DNA of 64,000 nt, from assembly GCF_003334255.1 (NCBI RefSeq), contig NZ_QOWU01000004.1; one strand, 5' to 3'. Of this stretch, positions 50,856-61,700 are shown piece after piece. Within the stretch, counting starts at the first letter, position 1; the number at the start of each line of letters is the position of its first letter. Source of the DNA: Escherichia coli. Lineage in GTDB: Bacteria; Pseudomonadota; Gammaproteobacteria; Enterobacterales; Enterobacteriaceae. The position numbers and the translations under genes are program-made. Under the pieces are notes generated by a model. It ran no database searches, had not been told where the DNA came from, and worked only from the letters and a program-made list of their open reading frames with translations.

Positions 50856-51634
50856 CAGTACGCCTTCCCAAGCGCCAGCCCCAGCGCGATGGCAAAGTCT
50901 CCACCTGGCGGCGGTAGCGGCGGCTGACGAACAGAAACGGCCTCCCAGGGATCAAATCCGCCTTCGCCACATATCGCGACGCTTTCGGGATCAACGGATA
51001 ACGCTGCCGCCAGCTCCTTCGCGCTAGTCATCCCCACCGCCAGTTTGCGCCCCCAGCTATAGCGCGTCGCCCACAGCCACTGTTCGTTATCACGCCAGGC
51101 CAGACATTGCTGATGAGAAGGTAAAAAAGGCAGGAATCGCTGTAATGCACTGGCATCCGGGGTGATCGCGCTCACATGAACACGCAACCTTTCTGCCAGA
51201 GTAAGCAGCGTTGCCAGCTCTTTGCTTTGCGCGGCAGTCACGTTATAGGCGGGACTGAGTGAGTCTTCGCTGTAATCGAAGCGCAGGGAGTCCGGATCCA
51301 TATCCAGCTCGCGGGCCATCGTCCCTGACAGCCAGGCCGTTTGCTCCCGCTCACCAAGGGACATCGACGGGCGCGGAAATGACCGCTGTAATGTGCGACT
51401 GGCGGGAAACGCCAACATAATGTGATGACGCTGCGGCAGTTCGCGACTCCACGGTAACAACGTTTTAGCCAGCTGCTGCGCATCAACAATCCGCCCATCT
51501 TTGATAATGTCGTTCTCCAGCGGCAACCGCCACCAGCGTTGCAAAAAGCATTCTTTTGCGCCCCGCACGATCGCAACCGCTACCGCTTCTTGCTGTTGTA
51601 AATGCAAACCAATTTGCCAGATCTTAAATGCCAT
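50855..51634 (-). CDS. hofM: PilM-like (actin-fold) protein HofM (259 aa)
   Basis: Track ORF 50855..51661 trimmed to ATG 51634 preceded by AAGGAG (MAFKIWQIGLHLQQQEAVAVAIV...). Confidence 0.85.
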   Translation of the reverse strand: MAFKIWQIGLHLQQQEAVAVAIVRGAKECFLQRWWRLPLENDIIKDGRIVDAQQLAKTLLPWSRELPQRHHIMLAFPASRTLQRSFPRPSMSLGEREQTAWLSGTMARELDMDPDSLRFDYSEDSLSPAYNVTAAQSKELATLLTLAERLRVHVSAITPDASALQRFLPFLPSHQQCLAWRDNEQWLWATRYSWGRKLAVGMTSAKELAAALSVDPESVAICGEGGFDPWEAVSVRQPPLPPPGGDFAIALGLALGKAY

Positions 51635-51753
51635 TGTGATGATCTCCTTATCACCCGTCACTCTGACGGGTATATCAATGCGTCTGGCTTGCCTTTATAC
51701 TACCGCGCGTTTGTTTATAAACTGCCCAAATGAAACTAAATGGGAAATTTCCA

Positions 51754-54306
51754 GTGAAGTTCGTAAAGTATTTTTTGATCCTTGCAGTCTGTTGCATTCT
51801 GCTGGGAGCAGGCTCGATTTATGGCCTATACCGCTACATCGAGCCACAACTGCCGGATGTGGCGACATTAAAAGATGTTCGCCTGCAAATTCCGATGCAG
51901 ATTTACAGCGCCGATGGCGAGCTGATTGCTCAATACGGTGAGAAACGTCGTATTCCGGTTACGTTGGATCAAATCCCACCGGAGATGGTGAAAGCCTTTA
52001 TCGCGACAGAAGACAGCCGCTTCTACGAGCATCACGGCGTTGACCCGGTGGGGATCTTCCGTGCAGCAAGCGTGGCGCTGTTCTCCGGTCACGCGTCACA
52101 AGGGGCAAGTACCATTACCCAGCAGCTGGCGAGAAACTTCTTCCTCAGTCCAGAACGCACGCTGATGCGTAAGATTAAGGAAGTCTTCCTCGCGATTCGC
52201 ATTGAACAGCTGCTGACGAAAGACGAGATCCTCGAGCTTTATCTGAACAAGATTTACCTTGGTTACCGCGCCTATGGTGTCGGTGCTGCGGCACAAGTCT
52301 ATTTCGGAAAAACGGTCGACCAACTGACGCTGAACGAAATGGCGGTGATAGCCGGGCTGCCGAAAGCGCCTTCCACCTTCAACCCGCTCTACTCGATGGA
52401 TCGTGCCGTCGCGCGGCGTAACGTCGTGCTGTCGCGGATGCTGGATGAAGGGTATATCACCCAACAACAGTTCGATCAGACACGCACTGAGGCGATTAAC
52501 GCTAACTATCACGCGCCGGAGATTGCTTTCTCTGCGCCGTACCTGAGCGAAATGGTGCGCCAGGAGATGTATAACCGTTATGGCGAAAGTGCCTATGAAG
52601 ACGGTTATCGCATTTACACCACCATCACCCGCAAAGTGCAGCAGGCCGCGCAGCAGGCGGTACGTAATAACGTGCTGGACTACGACATGCGCCACGGCTA
52701 TCGCGGCCCGGCAAATGTGCTGTGGAAAGTGGGCGAGTCGGCGTGGGATAACAACAAGATTACCGATACGCTGAAGGCGCTGCCAACCTATGGTCCGCTG
52801 CTGCCTGCCGCAGTCACCAGCGCCAATCCTCAGCAAGCGACGGCGATGCTGGCGGACGGGTCGACCGTCGCATTGAGTATGGAAGGCGTTCGCTGGGCGC
52901 GTCCTTACCGTTCGGATACTCAGCAAGGACCGACGCCGCGTAAAGTGACCGATGTTCTGCAAACGGGTCAGCAAATCTGGGTTCGTCAGGTTGGCGATGC
53001 ATGGTGGCTGGCACAAGTGCCGGAAGTGAACTCGGCGCTGGTGTCGATCAATCCGCAAAACGGTGCCGTTATGGCGCTGGTCGGTGGCTTTGATTTCAAT
53101 CAGAGCAAGTTTAACCGCGCCACCCAGGCACTGCGTCAGGTGGGTTCCAACATCAAACCGTTCCTCTACACCGCGGCGATGGATAAAGGTCTGACGCTGG
53201 CAAGTATGTTGAACGATGTGCCAATTTCTCGCTGGGATGCAAGTGCCGGTTCTGACTGGCAGCCGAAGAACTCACCACCGCAGTATGCTGGTCCAATTCG
53301 CTTACGTCAGGGGCTGGGTCAGTCGAAAAACGTGGTGATGGTACGCGCAATGCGGGCGATGGGCGTCGACTACGCTGCAGAATATCTGCAACGCTTCGGC
53401 TTCCCGGCACAAAACATTGTCCACACCGAATCGCTGGCGCTGGGTTCAGCGTCCTTCACCCCAATGCAGGTGGCGCGCGGCTACGCGGTCATGGCGAACG
53501 GCGGCTTCCTGGTGGACCCGTGGTTTATCAGCAAAATTGAAAACGATCAGGGCGGCGTGATTTTCGAAGCGAAACCGAAAGTAGCCTGCCCGGAATGCGA
53601 TATTCCGGTGATTTACGGTGATACGCAGAAATCGAACGTGCTGGAAAATAACGATGTTGAAGATGTCGCTATCTCCCGCGAGCAGCAGAATGTTTCTGTA
53701 CCAATGCCGCAGCTGGAGCAGGCAAATCAGGCGTTAGTGGCGAAGACTGGCGCGCAGGAGTACGCACCGCACGTCATCAACACTCCGCTGGCATTCCTGA
53801 TTAAGAGTGCTTTGAACACCAATATCTTTGGTGAGCCAGGCTGGCAGGGTACTGGCTGGCGTGCAGGTCGTGATTTGCAGCGTCGCGATATCGGCGGGAA
53901 AACCGGGACCACTAACAGTTCGAAAGATGCGTGGTTCTCGGGTTACGGTCCGGGCGTTGTGACCTCGGTCTGGATTGGCTTTGATGATCACCGTCGTAAT
54001 CTCGGTCATACAACGGCTTCCGGAGCGATTAAAGATCAGATCTCAGGTTACGAAGGCGGTGCCAAGAGTGCCCAGCCTGCATGGGACGCTTATATGAAAG
54101 CCGTTCTTGAAGGTGTGCCGGAGCAGCCGCTGACGCCGCCACCGGGTATTGTGACGGTGAATATCGATCGCAGCACCGGGCAGTTAGCTAATGGTGGCAA
54201 CAGCCGCGAAGAGTATTTCATCGAAGGTACGCAGCCGACACAACAGGCAGTGCACGAGGTGGGAACGACCATTATCGATAATGGCGAGGCACAGGAATTG
54301 TTCTGA
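51754..54306 (+). CDS. mrcA: Penicillin-binding protein 1A, bifunctional transglycosylase/transpeptidase (850 aa from GTG 51754; in-frame ATG at 51730 would add 8 codons)
   Basis: ORF track 51730..54306; glycosyltransferase motif EDSRFYEHHG; transpeptidase SxxK (SNIK) and KTG motifs. Confidence 0.95.
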   Translation: MKFVKYFLILAVCCILLGAGSIYGLYRYIEPQLPDVATLKDVRLQIPMQIYSADGELIAQYGEKRRIPVTLDQIPPEMVKAFIATEDSRFYEHHGVDPVGIFRAASVALFSGHASQGASTITQQLARNFFLSPERTLMRKIKEVFLAIRIEQLLTKDEILELYLNKIYLGYRAYGVGAAAQVYFGKTVDQLTLNEMAVIAGLPKAPSTFNPLYSMDRAVARRNVVLSRMLDEGYITQQQFDQTRTEAINANYHAPEIAFSAPYLSEMVRQEMYNRYGESAYEDGYRIYTTITRKVQQAAQQAVRNNVLDYDMRHGYRGPANVLWKVGESAWDNNKITDTLKALPTYGPLLPAAVTSANPQQATAMLADGSTVALSMEGVRWARPYRSDTQQGPTPRKVTDVLQTGQQIWVRQVGDAWWLAQVPEVNSALVSINPQNGAVMALVGGFDFNQSKFNRATQALRQVGSNIKPFLYTAAMDKGLTLASMLNDVPISRWDASAGSDWQPKNSPPQYAGPIRLRQGLGQSKNVVMVRAMRAMGVDYAAEYLQRFGFPAQNIVHTESLALGSASFTPMQVARGYAVMANGGFLVDPWFISKIENDQGGVIFEAKPKVACPECDIPVIYGDTQKSNVLENNDVEDVAISREQQNVSVPMPQLEQANQALVAKTGAQEYAPHVINTPLAFLIKSALNTNIFGEPGWQGTGWRAGRDLQRRDIGGKTGTTNSSKDAWFSGYGPGVVTSVWIGFDDHRRNLGHTTASGAIKDQISGYEGGAKSAQPAWDAYMKAVLEGVPEQPLTPPPGIVTVNIDRSTGQLANGGNSREEYFIEGTQPTQQAVHEVGTTIIDNGEAQELF

Positions 54307-54308
54307 TT

Positions 54309-54332
54309 AAAAAGGCGCTTCGGCGCCTTTTC
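54309..54332 (+). terminator. Rho-independent terminator after mrcA
   Basis: aaaaggcgcttcggcgcctttt: hairpin flanked by A4/T4. Confidence 0.75.
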
Positions 54333-54360
54333 AGTTTGCTGACAAAGTGCACTTGTTTAT

Positions 54361-54390
54361 GCCGGATACGGCGTGAACGCGTTATCCGGC
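54361..54390. repeat. REP palindromic element
   Basis: gccggatacggcgtgaacgcgttatccggc. Confidence 0.7.
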
Positions 54391-54433
54391 TAACAAAATC
54401 GTGAAAACTCAATAAATTGCAGAAACCCCATAA

Positions 54434-54458
54434 GCCTGATAAACATTGTGCATCAGGC
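54434..54458. other. Hairpin downstream of nudE (gcctgataaacattgtgcatcaggc); REP-like or terminator
   Basis: 8-bp perfect inverted repeat 14 bp beyond the nudE stop. Confidence 0.4.
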
Positions 54459-54471
54459 AAACTTCACGCAT

Positions 54472-55032
54472 TTACACTCGCCCCTTCCCTTTCAACCATT
54501 CGCGCACGAGGAACAGCGCACTGACATTGCGCGCTTCATTGAAGTCAGGGTCTTCCAGCAAATCCATCATATGCGCCAGCGGCCAGCGCACCTGTGGTAG
54601 CGGCTCTGGCTCATCGCCTTCCAGTGATTCCGGGTAGAGATCTTGCGCTACCACGATATTCATTTTGCTGGAAAAGTAAGACGGTGCCATGCTGAGCTTC
54701 TTCAAAAAAGTCAGATCGTTCGCTCCAAATCCAACCTCTTCTTTTAGCTCGCGGTTAGCGGCTTCGTAGACGCTTTCACCCGGATCAATTAATCCTTTCG
54801 AAAAACCTAATTCGTAGGATTCAGTTCCCACTGCGTATTCGCGGATCAGGATCAGGTGATCGTCCACAATCGGCACAATCATCACTGCTTCCCGGTTGGT
54901 TGGACGCATTCGTTCATAAACACGCCGCACGCCATTGCTGAACTCCAGATCCACGCTCTCGACGGTAAACAGTCGGGAACGGGCTACAGTTTCAACATTC
55001 AGAATGGTGGGTTTTTGTAATGATTTGCTCAT
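54472..55032 (-). CDS. nudE: Nudix hydrolase NudE (ADP-sugar/diadenosine-polyphosphate pyrophosphatase type, 186 aa)
   Basis: ORF track; Nudix box GLIDPGESVYEAANRELKEEVG. Confidence 0.93.
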   Translation of the reverse strand: MSKSLQKPTILNVETVARSRLFTVESVDLEFSNGVRRVYERMRPTNREAVMIVPIVDDHLILIREYAVGTESYELGFSKGLIDPGESVYEAANRELKEEVGFGANDLTFLKKLSMAPSYFSSKMNIVVAQDLYPESLEGDEPEPLPQVRWPLAHMMDLLEDPDFNEARNVSALFLVREWLKGKGRV

Positions 55033-55351
55033 CGTGGGATCTATGCTGTGAAATCAGCGGTTATTGTGCGATATCGGACACGCTTTCGGCAATGTGAATT
55101 GCATGTTATTTACATTTATGTAACTTAATAAATAATCGTCCTCAAATCAAATTAAAAGTCAATAGGTTGAAATAACTCCAGGAATTTGCTGATATTCCGC
55201 CTTCAGAGGGTTTGCTATGATCAGCGGTTACTGTGATGTGCTTAATGATGCTCAAGTTAAACTCCACGCTTGCCGATAGCCAACCGCAGAATCATGTATT
55301 GTGTCCGGTGCGACTGACCACGCCTGACAGACTAAGTAAGATGGGGAAAGC

Positions 55352-57487
55352 ATGAGCACCATTGTGATTTTTTTAGCTGCTTTGCTGGCCTGCTCACTAC
55401 TTGCGGGATGGCTGATAAAAGTGCGATCCAGACGGCGTCAGCTGCCCTGGACCAACGCCTTCGCGGATGCGCAAACGCGTAAACTCACACCTGAAGAACG
55501 TAGCGCCGTTGAAAATTATCTTGAGAGCCTGACGCAGGTATTACAGGTGCCTGGCCCAACGGGAGCCAGCGCGGCACCGATCTCTCTGGCGCTGAATGCC
55601 GAAAGCAACAACGTCATGATGCTGACACACGCTATCACGCGTTACGGCATCTCTACCGACGATCCGAATAAATGGCGTTACTACCTCGATTCGGTAGAAG
55701 TCCACCTGCCCCCTTTCTGGGAACAGTACATCAACGATGAGAATACCGTTGAACTGATTCATACCGATTCGCTGCCGCTGGTTATTTCACTCAACGGTCA
55801 TACGCTGCAGGAGTACATGCAGGAAACTCGCAGCTATGCCTTGCAACCTGTTCCGTCAACGCAGGCGTCGATTCGCGGGGAAGAGAGTGAGCAAATCGAG
55901 CTACTCAATATTCGCAAAGAAACGCATGAAGAATATGCGCTGAGTCGTCCGCGCGGGCTGCGTGAAGCGTTGCTGATCGTCGCCTCCTTCCTGATGTTCT
56001 TTTTCTGCCTGATTACCCCGGATGTATTTGTTCCGTGGCTGGCAGGCGGCGCGTTACTGCTGCTGGGCGCAGGTCTGTGGGGGCTATTCGCGCCCCCGGC
56101 AAAATCCTCCCTGCGGGAAATTCATTGTCTGCGCGGTACACCCCGTCGTTGGGGATTGTTTGGCGAAAACGATCAGGAACAGATCAACAATATTTCACTC
56201 GGTATTATCGACCTGGTCTATCCCGCACACTGGCAGCCATACATTGCTCAGGATCTCGGTCAACAAACCGATATCGATATCTATCTCGACCGCCATGTAG
56301 TGCGTCAGGGACGATATCTTTCGCTGCATGATGAAGTAAAAAACTTTCCGTTACAGCACTGGCTGCGCAGTACGATTATCGCTGCGGGCTTGCTGCTGGT
56401 GCTGTTTATGCTGTTATTCTGGATCCCGCTGGATATGCCGCTGAAATTCACTCTCTCATGGATGAAAGGCGCGCAGACCATTGAAGCCACCAGCGTAAAA
56501 CAACTGGCTGACGCTGGCGTGCGGGTAGGCGATACATTGCGTATTAGCGGTACGGGAATGTGTAATATTCGAACTTCCGGAACCTGGAGCGCGAAAACCA
56601 ATTCACCTTTTTTACCGTTTGACTGCTCGCAGATCATCTGGAACGACGCCCGCTCATTGCCATTACCAGAATCTGAACTGGTCAACAAAGCGACGGCATT
56701 GACTGAAGCAGTTAATCGCCAGCTGCACCCTAAACCGGAAGATGAATCTCGCGTCAGTGCCTCATTACGTTCAGCAATTCAAAAATCCGGCATGGTATTG
56801 CTTGATGATTTTGGCGACATTGTACTGAAGACAGCGGATTTATGTTCTGCCAAAGATGACTGTGTGCGACTGAAAAATGCGCTGGTCAATCTCGGCAACA
56901 GTAAAGACTGGGACGCGCTGGTAAAACGCGCCAACGCCGGGAAGCTCGATGGCGTGAATGTGTTATTACGCCCGGTGAGTGCGGAATCGCTGGATAACCT
57001 GGTGGCAACCTCCACCGCGCCGTTTATCACGCATGAAACGGCGCGAGCGGCACAATCACTAAACAGTCCGGCCCCCGGCGGATTCCTGATTGTCAGCGAC
57101 GAAGGCAGCGATTTTGTTGATCAGCCCTGGCCTTCGGCATCACTTTACGACTACCCGCCGCAAGAACAGTGGAACGCTTTCCAGAAACTGGCACAAATGC
57201 TGATGCATACGCCGTTTAACGCCGAGGGTATCGTCACAAAAATCTTCACTGACGCCAATGGTACGCAGCATATTGGCCTTCATCCGATCCCGGATCGTTC
57301 CGGCCTGTGGCGCTATCTCAGCACCACATTGCTGCTACTGACGATGCTGGGTAGCGCCATTTACAATGGCGTACAGGCCTGGCGTCGTTACCAGCGTCAT
57401 CGCACTCGCATGATGGAGATTCAGGCCTATTATGAAAGCTGCCTGAACCCGCAACTGATCACCCCTTCAGAAAGCCTTATCGAATAA
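55352..57487 (+). CDS. igaA: Inner-membrane Rcs-phosphorelay attenuator IgaA/YrfF (711 aa)
   Basis: ORF track; N-terminal TM, several internal TM segments, large periplasmic-type domain. Confidence 0.92.
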   Translation: MSTIVIFLAALLACSLLAGWLIKVRSRRRQLPWTNAFADAQTRKLTPEERSAVENYLESLTQVLQVPGPTGASAAPISLALNAESNNVMMLTHAITRYGISTDDPNKWRYYLDSVEVHLPPFWEQYINDENTVELIHTDSLPLVISLNGHTLQEYMQETRSYALQPVPSTQASIRGEESEQIELLNIRKETHEEYALSRPRGLREALLIVASFLMFFFCLITPDVFVPWLAGGALLLLGAGLWGLFAPPAKSSLREIHCLRGTPRRWGLFGENDQEQINNISLGIIDLVYPAHWQPYIAQDLGQQTDIDIYLDRHVVRQGRYLSLHDEVKNFPLQHWLRSTIIAAGLLLVLFMLLFWIPLDMPLKFTLSWMKGAQTIEATSVKQLADAGVRVGDTLRISGTGMCNIRTSGTWSAKTNSPFLPFDCSQIIWNDARSLPLPESELVNKATALTEAVNRQLHPKPEDESRVSASLRSAIQKSGMVLLDDFGDIVLKTADLCSAKDDCVRLKNALVNLGNSKDWDALVKRANAGKLDGVNVLLRPVSAESLDNLVATSTAPFITHETARAAQSLNSPAPGGFLIVSDEGSDFVDQPWPSASLYDYPPQEQWNAFQKLAQMLMHTPFNAEGIVTKIFTDANGTQHIGLHPIPDRSGLWRYLSTTLLLLTMLGSAIYNGVQAWRRYQRHRTRMMEIQAYYESCLNPQLITPSESLIE

Positions 57488-57551
57488 CACGTTTGCGCGG
57501 CAGGTTATGCTACCCTGTCGCGCAAATTGCTTCACTCTGGAGATTTCCCTC

Positions 57552-58220
57552 ATGCATATCAACATTGCCTGGCAGGACGTAGATACCGTTCTGCTGGATA
57601 TGGACGGCACGTTGCTCGACCTCGCCTTCGATAACTATTTCTGGCAAAAGCTGGTGCCTGAAACATGGGGCGCGAAAAACGGGGTTACGCCACAGGAAGC
57701 GATGGAATATATGCGCCAGCAATATCACGACGTACAGCATACGCTAAACTGGTACTGTCTTGATTACTGGAGTGAGCAACTGGGTCTGGATATCTGTGCG
57801 ATGACCACCGAGATGGGACCGCGTGCCGTACTGCGTGAAGATACCATTCCGTTTCTTGAGGCACTGAAAGCCAGCGGTAAGCAGCGAATTTTGCTCACCA
57901 ATGCGCATCCGCACAACCTGGCGGTAAAACTTGAGCATACCGGTCTGGACGCACACCTTGATTTATTACTTTCCACCCACACATTTGGTTATCCGAAAGA
58001 GGATCAGCGGTTATGGCATGCGGTGGCCGAAGCTACGGGTCTGAAAGCTGAAAGAACGCTGTTTATTGATGACAGCGAAGCGATTCTCGATGCTGCCGCG
58101 CAATTTGGTATTCGTTACTGCCTCGGCGTGACTAATCCTGATTCCGGGATTGCCGAGAAACAGTATCAACGCCATCCGTCACTGAATGACTACCGCCGCC
58201 TGATCCCCTCGCTAATGTGA
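57552..58220 (+). CDS. yrfG: HAD-superfamily nucleotidase YrfG (222 aa)
   Basis: Track ORF 57507..58220 trimmed to ATG 57552 after GGAG (MHINIAWQDVDTVLLDMDGTLLD...); HAD motif I DMDGTL. Confidence 0.9.
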   Translation: MHINIAWQDVDTVLLDMDGTLLDLAFDNYFWQKLVPETWGAKNGVTPQEAMEYMRQQYHDVQHTLNWYCLDYWSEQLGLDICAMTTEMGPRAVLREDTIPFLEALKASGKQRILLTNAHPHNLAVKLEHTGLDAHLDLLLSTHTFGYPKEDQRLWHAVAEATGLKAERTLFIDDSEAILDAAAQFGIRYCLGVTNPDSGIAEKQYQRHPSLNDYRRLIPSLM

Positions 58221-58230
58221 AGGAGACGCC

Positions 58231-58632
58231 ATGAAAGAGAAACCTGCTGTTGAGGTTCGACTGGATAAATGGCTATGGGCTGCCCGTTTTTATAAAACCC
58301 GCGCGCTGGCCCGTGAAATGATTGAAGGCGGTAAGGTGCATTACAACGGGCAGCGCAGCAAGCCGAGCAAAATCGTCGAGCTGAATGCCACGCTCACTCT
58401 GCGCCAGGGAAATGACGAACGCACGGTGATTGTAAAGGCGATTACTGAACAGCGTCGCCCCGCCAGCGAGGCAGCCTTGCTGTATGAAGAGACTGCGGAA
58501 AGTGTAGAGAAACGCGAAAAAATGGCGCTGGCACGTAAACTTAATGCCTTAACCATGCCGCACCCGGACCGACGCCCGGACAAAAAAGAGCGCCGCGACC
58601 TGTTACGATTTAAACACGGCGACAGTGAATAA
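58231..58632 (+). CDS. hslR: Heat-shock protein Hsp15, S4-domain ribosome-associated protein (133 aa)
   Basis: ORF track; S4 RNA-binding motif (VRLDKWLWAARFYKTRALAREMIEGGKVHYNG). Confidence 0.95.
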   Translation: MKEKPAVEVRLDKWLWAARFYKTRALAREMIEGGKVHYNGQRSKPSKIVELNATLTLRQGNDERTVIVKAITEQRRPASEAALLYEETAESVEKREKMALARKLNALTMPHPDRRPDKKERRDLLRFKHGDSE

Positions 58633-58656
58633 CTGTCACCTGCAAGAGAGATGATT

Positions 58657-59535
58657 ATGCCGCAACATGACCAATTACATCGCTATCTGTTTGAAAACTT
58701 TGCCGTGCGCGGCGAACTGGTAACCGTTTCGGAAACCCTGCAACAGATCCTTGAGAACCACGATTATCCGCAGCCCGTTAAAAACGTGCTGGCAGAACTG
58801 CTGGTTGCGACCAGCCTGTTAACCGCTACGCTGAAGTTTGATGGTGATATCACCGTACAGCTGCAGGGCGACGGTCCGATGAATCTGGCGGTTATTAACG
58901 GTAACAATAACCAGCAGATGCGCGGTGTGGCGCGCGTGCAGGGCGAAATTCCAGAAAATGCCGACCTGAAAACGCTGGTCGGCAATGGTTACGTGGTGAT
59001 CACCATTACCCCGAGCGAAGGCGAACGCTATCAGGGCGTAGTTGGTCTGGAAGGTGATACCCTGGCGGCCTGCCTGGAAGATTACTTTATGCGTTCTGAA
59101 CAGCTGCCGACGCGCCTGTTTATTCGCACCGGCGACGTAGACGGCAAACCGGCTGCAGGCGGTATGTTGTTGCAGGTAATGCCTGCGCAAAATGCCCAGC
59201 AGGACGACTTTGACCACCTGGCGACGCTAACCGAAACCATCAAAACCGAAGAACTGCTGACCTTACCGGCAAACGAAGTGTTGTGGCGTTTGTATCACGA
59301 AGAAGAGGTGACGGTTTACGATCCGCAGGATGTGGAGTTCAAATGCACCTGCTCGCGTGAACGTTGCGCCGATGCGCTGAAAACGCTGCCTGATGAAGAA
59401 GTTGATAGCATCCTGGCGGAAGATGGCGAAATTGACATGCATTGTGATTACTGCGGTAACCACTATCTGTTCAATGCGATGGATATTGCTGAAATCCGCA
59501 ACAACGCGTCTCCGGCAGATCCGCAAGTTCATTAA
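58657..59535 (+). CDS. hslO: Redox-regulated chaperone Hsp33 (292 aa; ATG at 58651 would add 2 codons)
   Basis: ORF track 58651..59535; C-terminal zinc centre CTCSRERC...CDYCG. Confidence 0.95.
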   Translation: MPQHDQLHRYLFENFAVRGELVTVSETLQQILENHDYPQPVKNVLAELLVATSLLTATLKFDGDITVQLQGDGPMNLAVINGNNNQQMRGVARVQGEIPENADLKTLVGNGYVVITITPSEGERYQGVVGLEGDTLAACLEDYFMRSEQLPTRLFIRTGDVDGKPAAGGMLLQVMPAQNAQQDDFDHLATLTETIKTEELLTLPANEVLWRLYHEEEVTVYDPQDVEFKCTCSRERCADALKTLPDEEVDSILAEDGEIDMHCDYCGNHYLFNAMDIAEIRNNASPADPQVH

Positions 59536-59544
59536 TGAGTATGT

Positions 59545-59574
59545 CCGGCAGAGAGGGCTCTGCCGGATTTTACG
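59545..59574 (+). terminator. Rho-independent terminator after hslO
   Basis: Hairpin ccggcagagagggctctgccgg followed by ATTTTACG. Confidence 0.7.
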
Positions 59575-59597
59575 ACTAATACACCTGATGCGCTTTG

Positions 59598-61322
59598 TCA
59601 CTCATTCAGATTCACATTCAGCCTTTCACCATCCACTACAAGATCGCGCCACGCTTTAGGCTTCGTCCCCAGTTTTCCATCCTTCGCAGCTGTGAGTAAT
59701 TTTTCTTTCGTTATTTCGTTCGGAAGTAAACTCATATCAAGCGCGTCCCATTCTTTTCTGTCTGAGTCAAAGCCATAGACAATGACTCTGTCATCATTAA
59801 AAGCAAACAGGATCCGCTCCGCCTGACCATCACTATTCAGATCTTGCTCGACCAGGACGCAGGCGTCTTTTTCAATACAGGTCATCACGTTATAGCGATC
59901 CTGGATTAAGGCCGACCAGAATGTCGCATCAGGTTTAACAGAACCAGGGGCAATTAACACATTATCGGCTAATACTTTTTCCGATACCTGTTGCTGAAGA
60001 TGTTGCTCTCCATCTAACGCCATCAGCAGATCCCGCGCGCGTTTCGGGTCTTTCATAAACCCGGCATCGCTTTTCAGCGACTCAAGCGCAGCACGTCCAT
60101 AGCGACCGCTCTGCTCGAGCATGTAGATAGTTACCTGGTCTGACGTGTTTTTGCCGCTCTGATAACGCGCCATATGGCTGTTCACGCTAATGCGCATACT
60201 GTCCAGCACCGGCGAATTAAGAAGCACCAGTATCACCAACACCAATAACGAAACCGCAAGGTTCACTTTGCCCTGAAGAACAACGGGATTTTGCCCTTTA
60301 CGCCAGACGATGCTGACAAAATACCCCAGCGACCACACCAGTAACACCAGCACCGCCAGCACGCCCTGCAAGCGGTCGACAGTCCAGCCGTACTGAGCGA
60401 CCCGCAGCCATAACGCCCAGGCGGCGACGAACACATACAGCGGAGCAACCAGCAAAGCGGTTTTAATCAGGCAACGCAACGGCCCTGTCCAGGGAAGTGA
60501 CGCTTTTTGCGGATCGCGGACAATAGCCATTAAGATCAATTGCAAAAAGGCCAGCGTCAACAGCAACCCGGCGGCGGAGATGTGGCGAGAAATCGCGCTC
60601 AGGCCCGTAAACGGCAGGGTGATGATAAACATCAGGGTTAGCAATGATACTAACGGCAGCAACCCCGTGGCGATTAACGTGAACAACTTTTGAATAGAGT
60701 CGATTAAACGTGACTGTGTTCGCGCGAGGATCACCGCCAGCGCGGTAACCAGACCTAACGTGAGATAAATAAACCAGTCGGTTGCAAAAAAGAGCGTATT
60801 GAAAAACGTGATGCCAACAAGTTTAAACAACTCACTCCACAGTAAAAGCACCAGCCACGTCAAGCCATTGGCGAGAAAAATCACCAGTAATATAAGTACG
60901 TTATGCCATACTGACTGGTAAAAATAGCGATAGCGGCTACTGTCATTGCGGATGCGAAGGCTTTGTTGTATCCACGGTAGCAACAACATTGCCATCAACA
61001 GCAGATAGCAACCAAAATCCCAAAGCGCCTTTTCAGCTCTCCAGGGGTTCATGCCATCAGTTTGCCACTTCAGCCAGCCGCTCATCCCCAGCGTGGCAAT
61101 AAACACTAGCGCCAGCCATCCCCAAAGGCGCTTCTGTTTAAAAGAGATCACGGAGAAGAGTAAAACGGATGAAAACGCGACGGTCGCAGGCACGCCATAA
61201 ACAATCCAACTGTGATTTTTTCCGGAAAGCCAGGCGATCAGCAGGTAGCAAACCAGACCCTGAAGTAATCCGGTAGCAATCATCCCCCAGCGTGTTGCGG
61301 GTGAAAGTTCAACGTTATCCAT
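59598..61322 (-). CDS. yhgE: Large polytopic inner-membrane protein YhgE (574 aa), function unknown
   Basis: ORF track; many hydrophobic segments plus a hydrophilic C-terminal domain. Confidence 0.85.
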
Positions 61323-61564
61323 GTTGGTTATCCAGAATCAAAAGGTGGGTTAATTATCGCATCCGGGCAGTAGTATTTTGCTTTTTTCAGAAAATAATCA
61401 AAAAAAGTTAGCGTGGTGAATCGATACTTTACCGGTTGAATTTGCATCAATTTCATTCAGGAATGCGATTCCACTCACAATATTCCCGCCATATAAACCA
61501 AGATTTAACCTTTTGAGAACATTTTCCACACCTAAAATGCTATTTCTGCGATAATAGCAACCGT

Positions 61565-61584
61565 TTCGTGACAGGAATCACGGA
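61565..61584 (+). promoter_or_regulatory. CRP-like site in the pckA promoter region
   Basis: tcGTGACaggaaTCACGga fits TGTGA-N6-TCACA, ~125 bp upstream of pckA start. Confidence 0.45.
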
Positions 61585-61700
61585 GTTTTTTGTCAAATAT
61601 GAATTTCTCCAGATACGTAAATCTATGAGCCTTGTCGCGGTTAACACCCCCAAAAAGACTTTACTATTCAGGCAATACATATTGGCTAAGGAGCAGTGAA

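Noticed and set aside
52096-53058. 320-aa ORF on the minus strand
   Set aside because: Antisense to mrcA; Arg/His-rich nonsense composition; artefact of the GC-rich coding strand.
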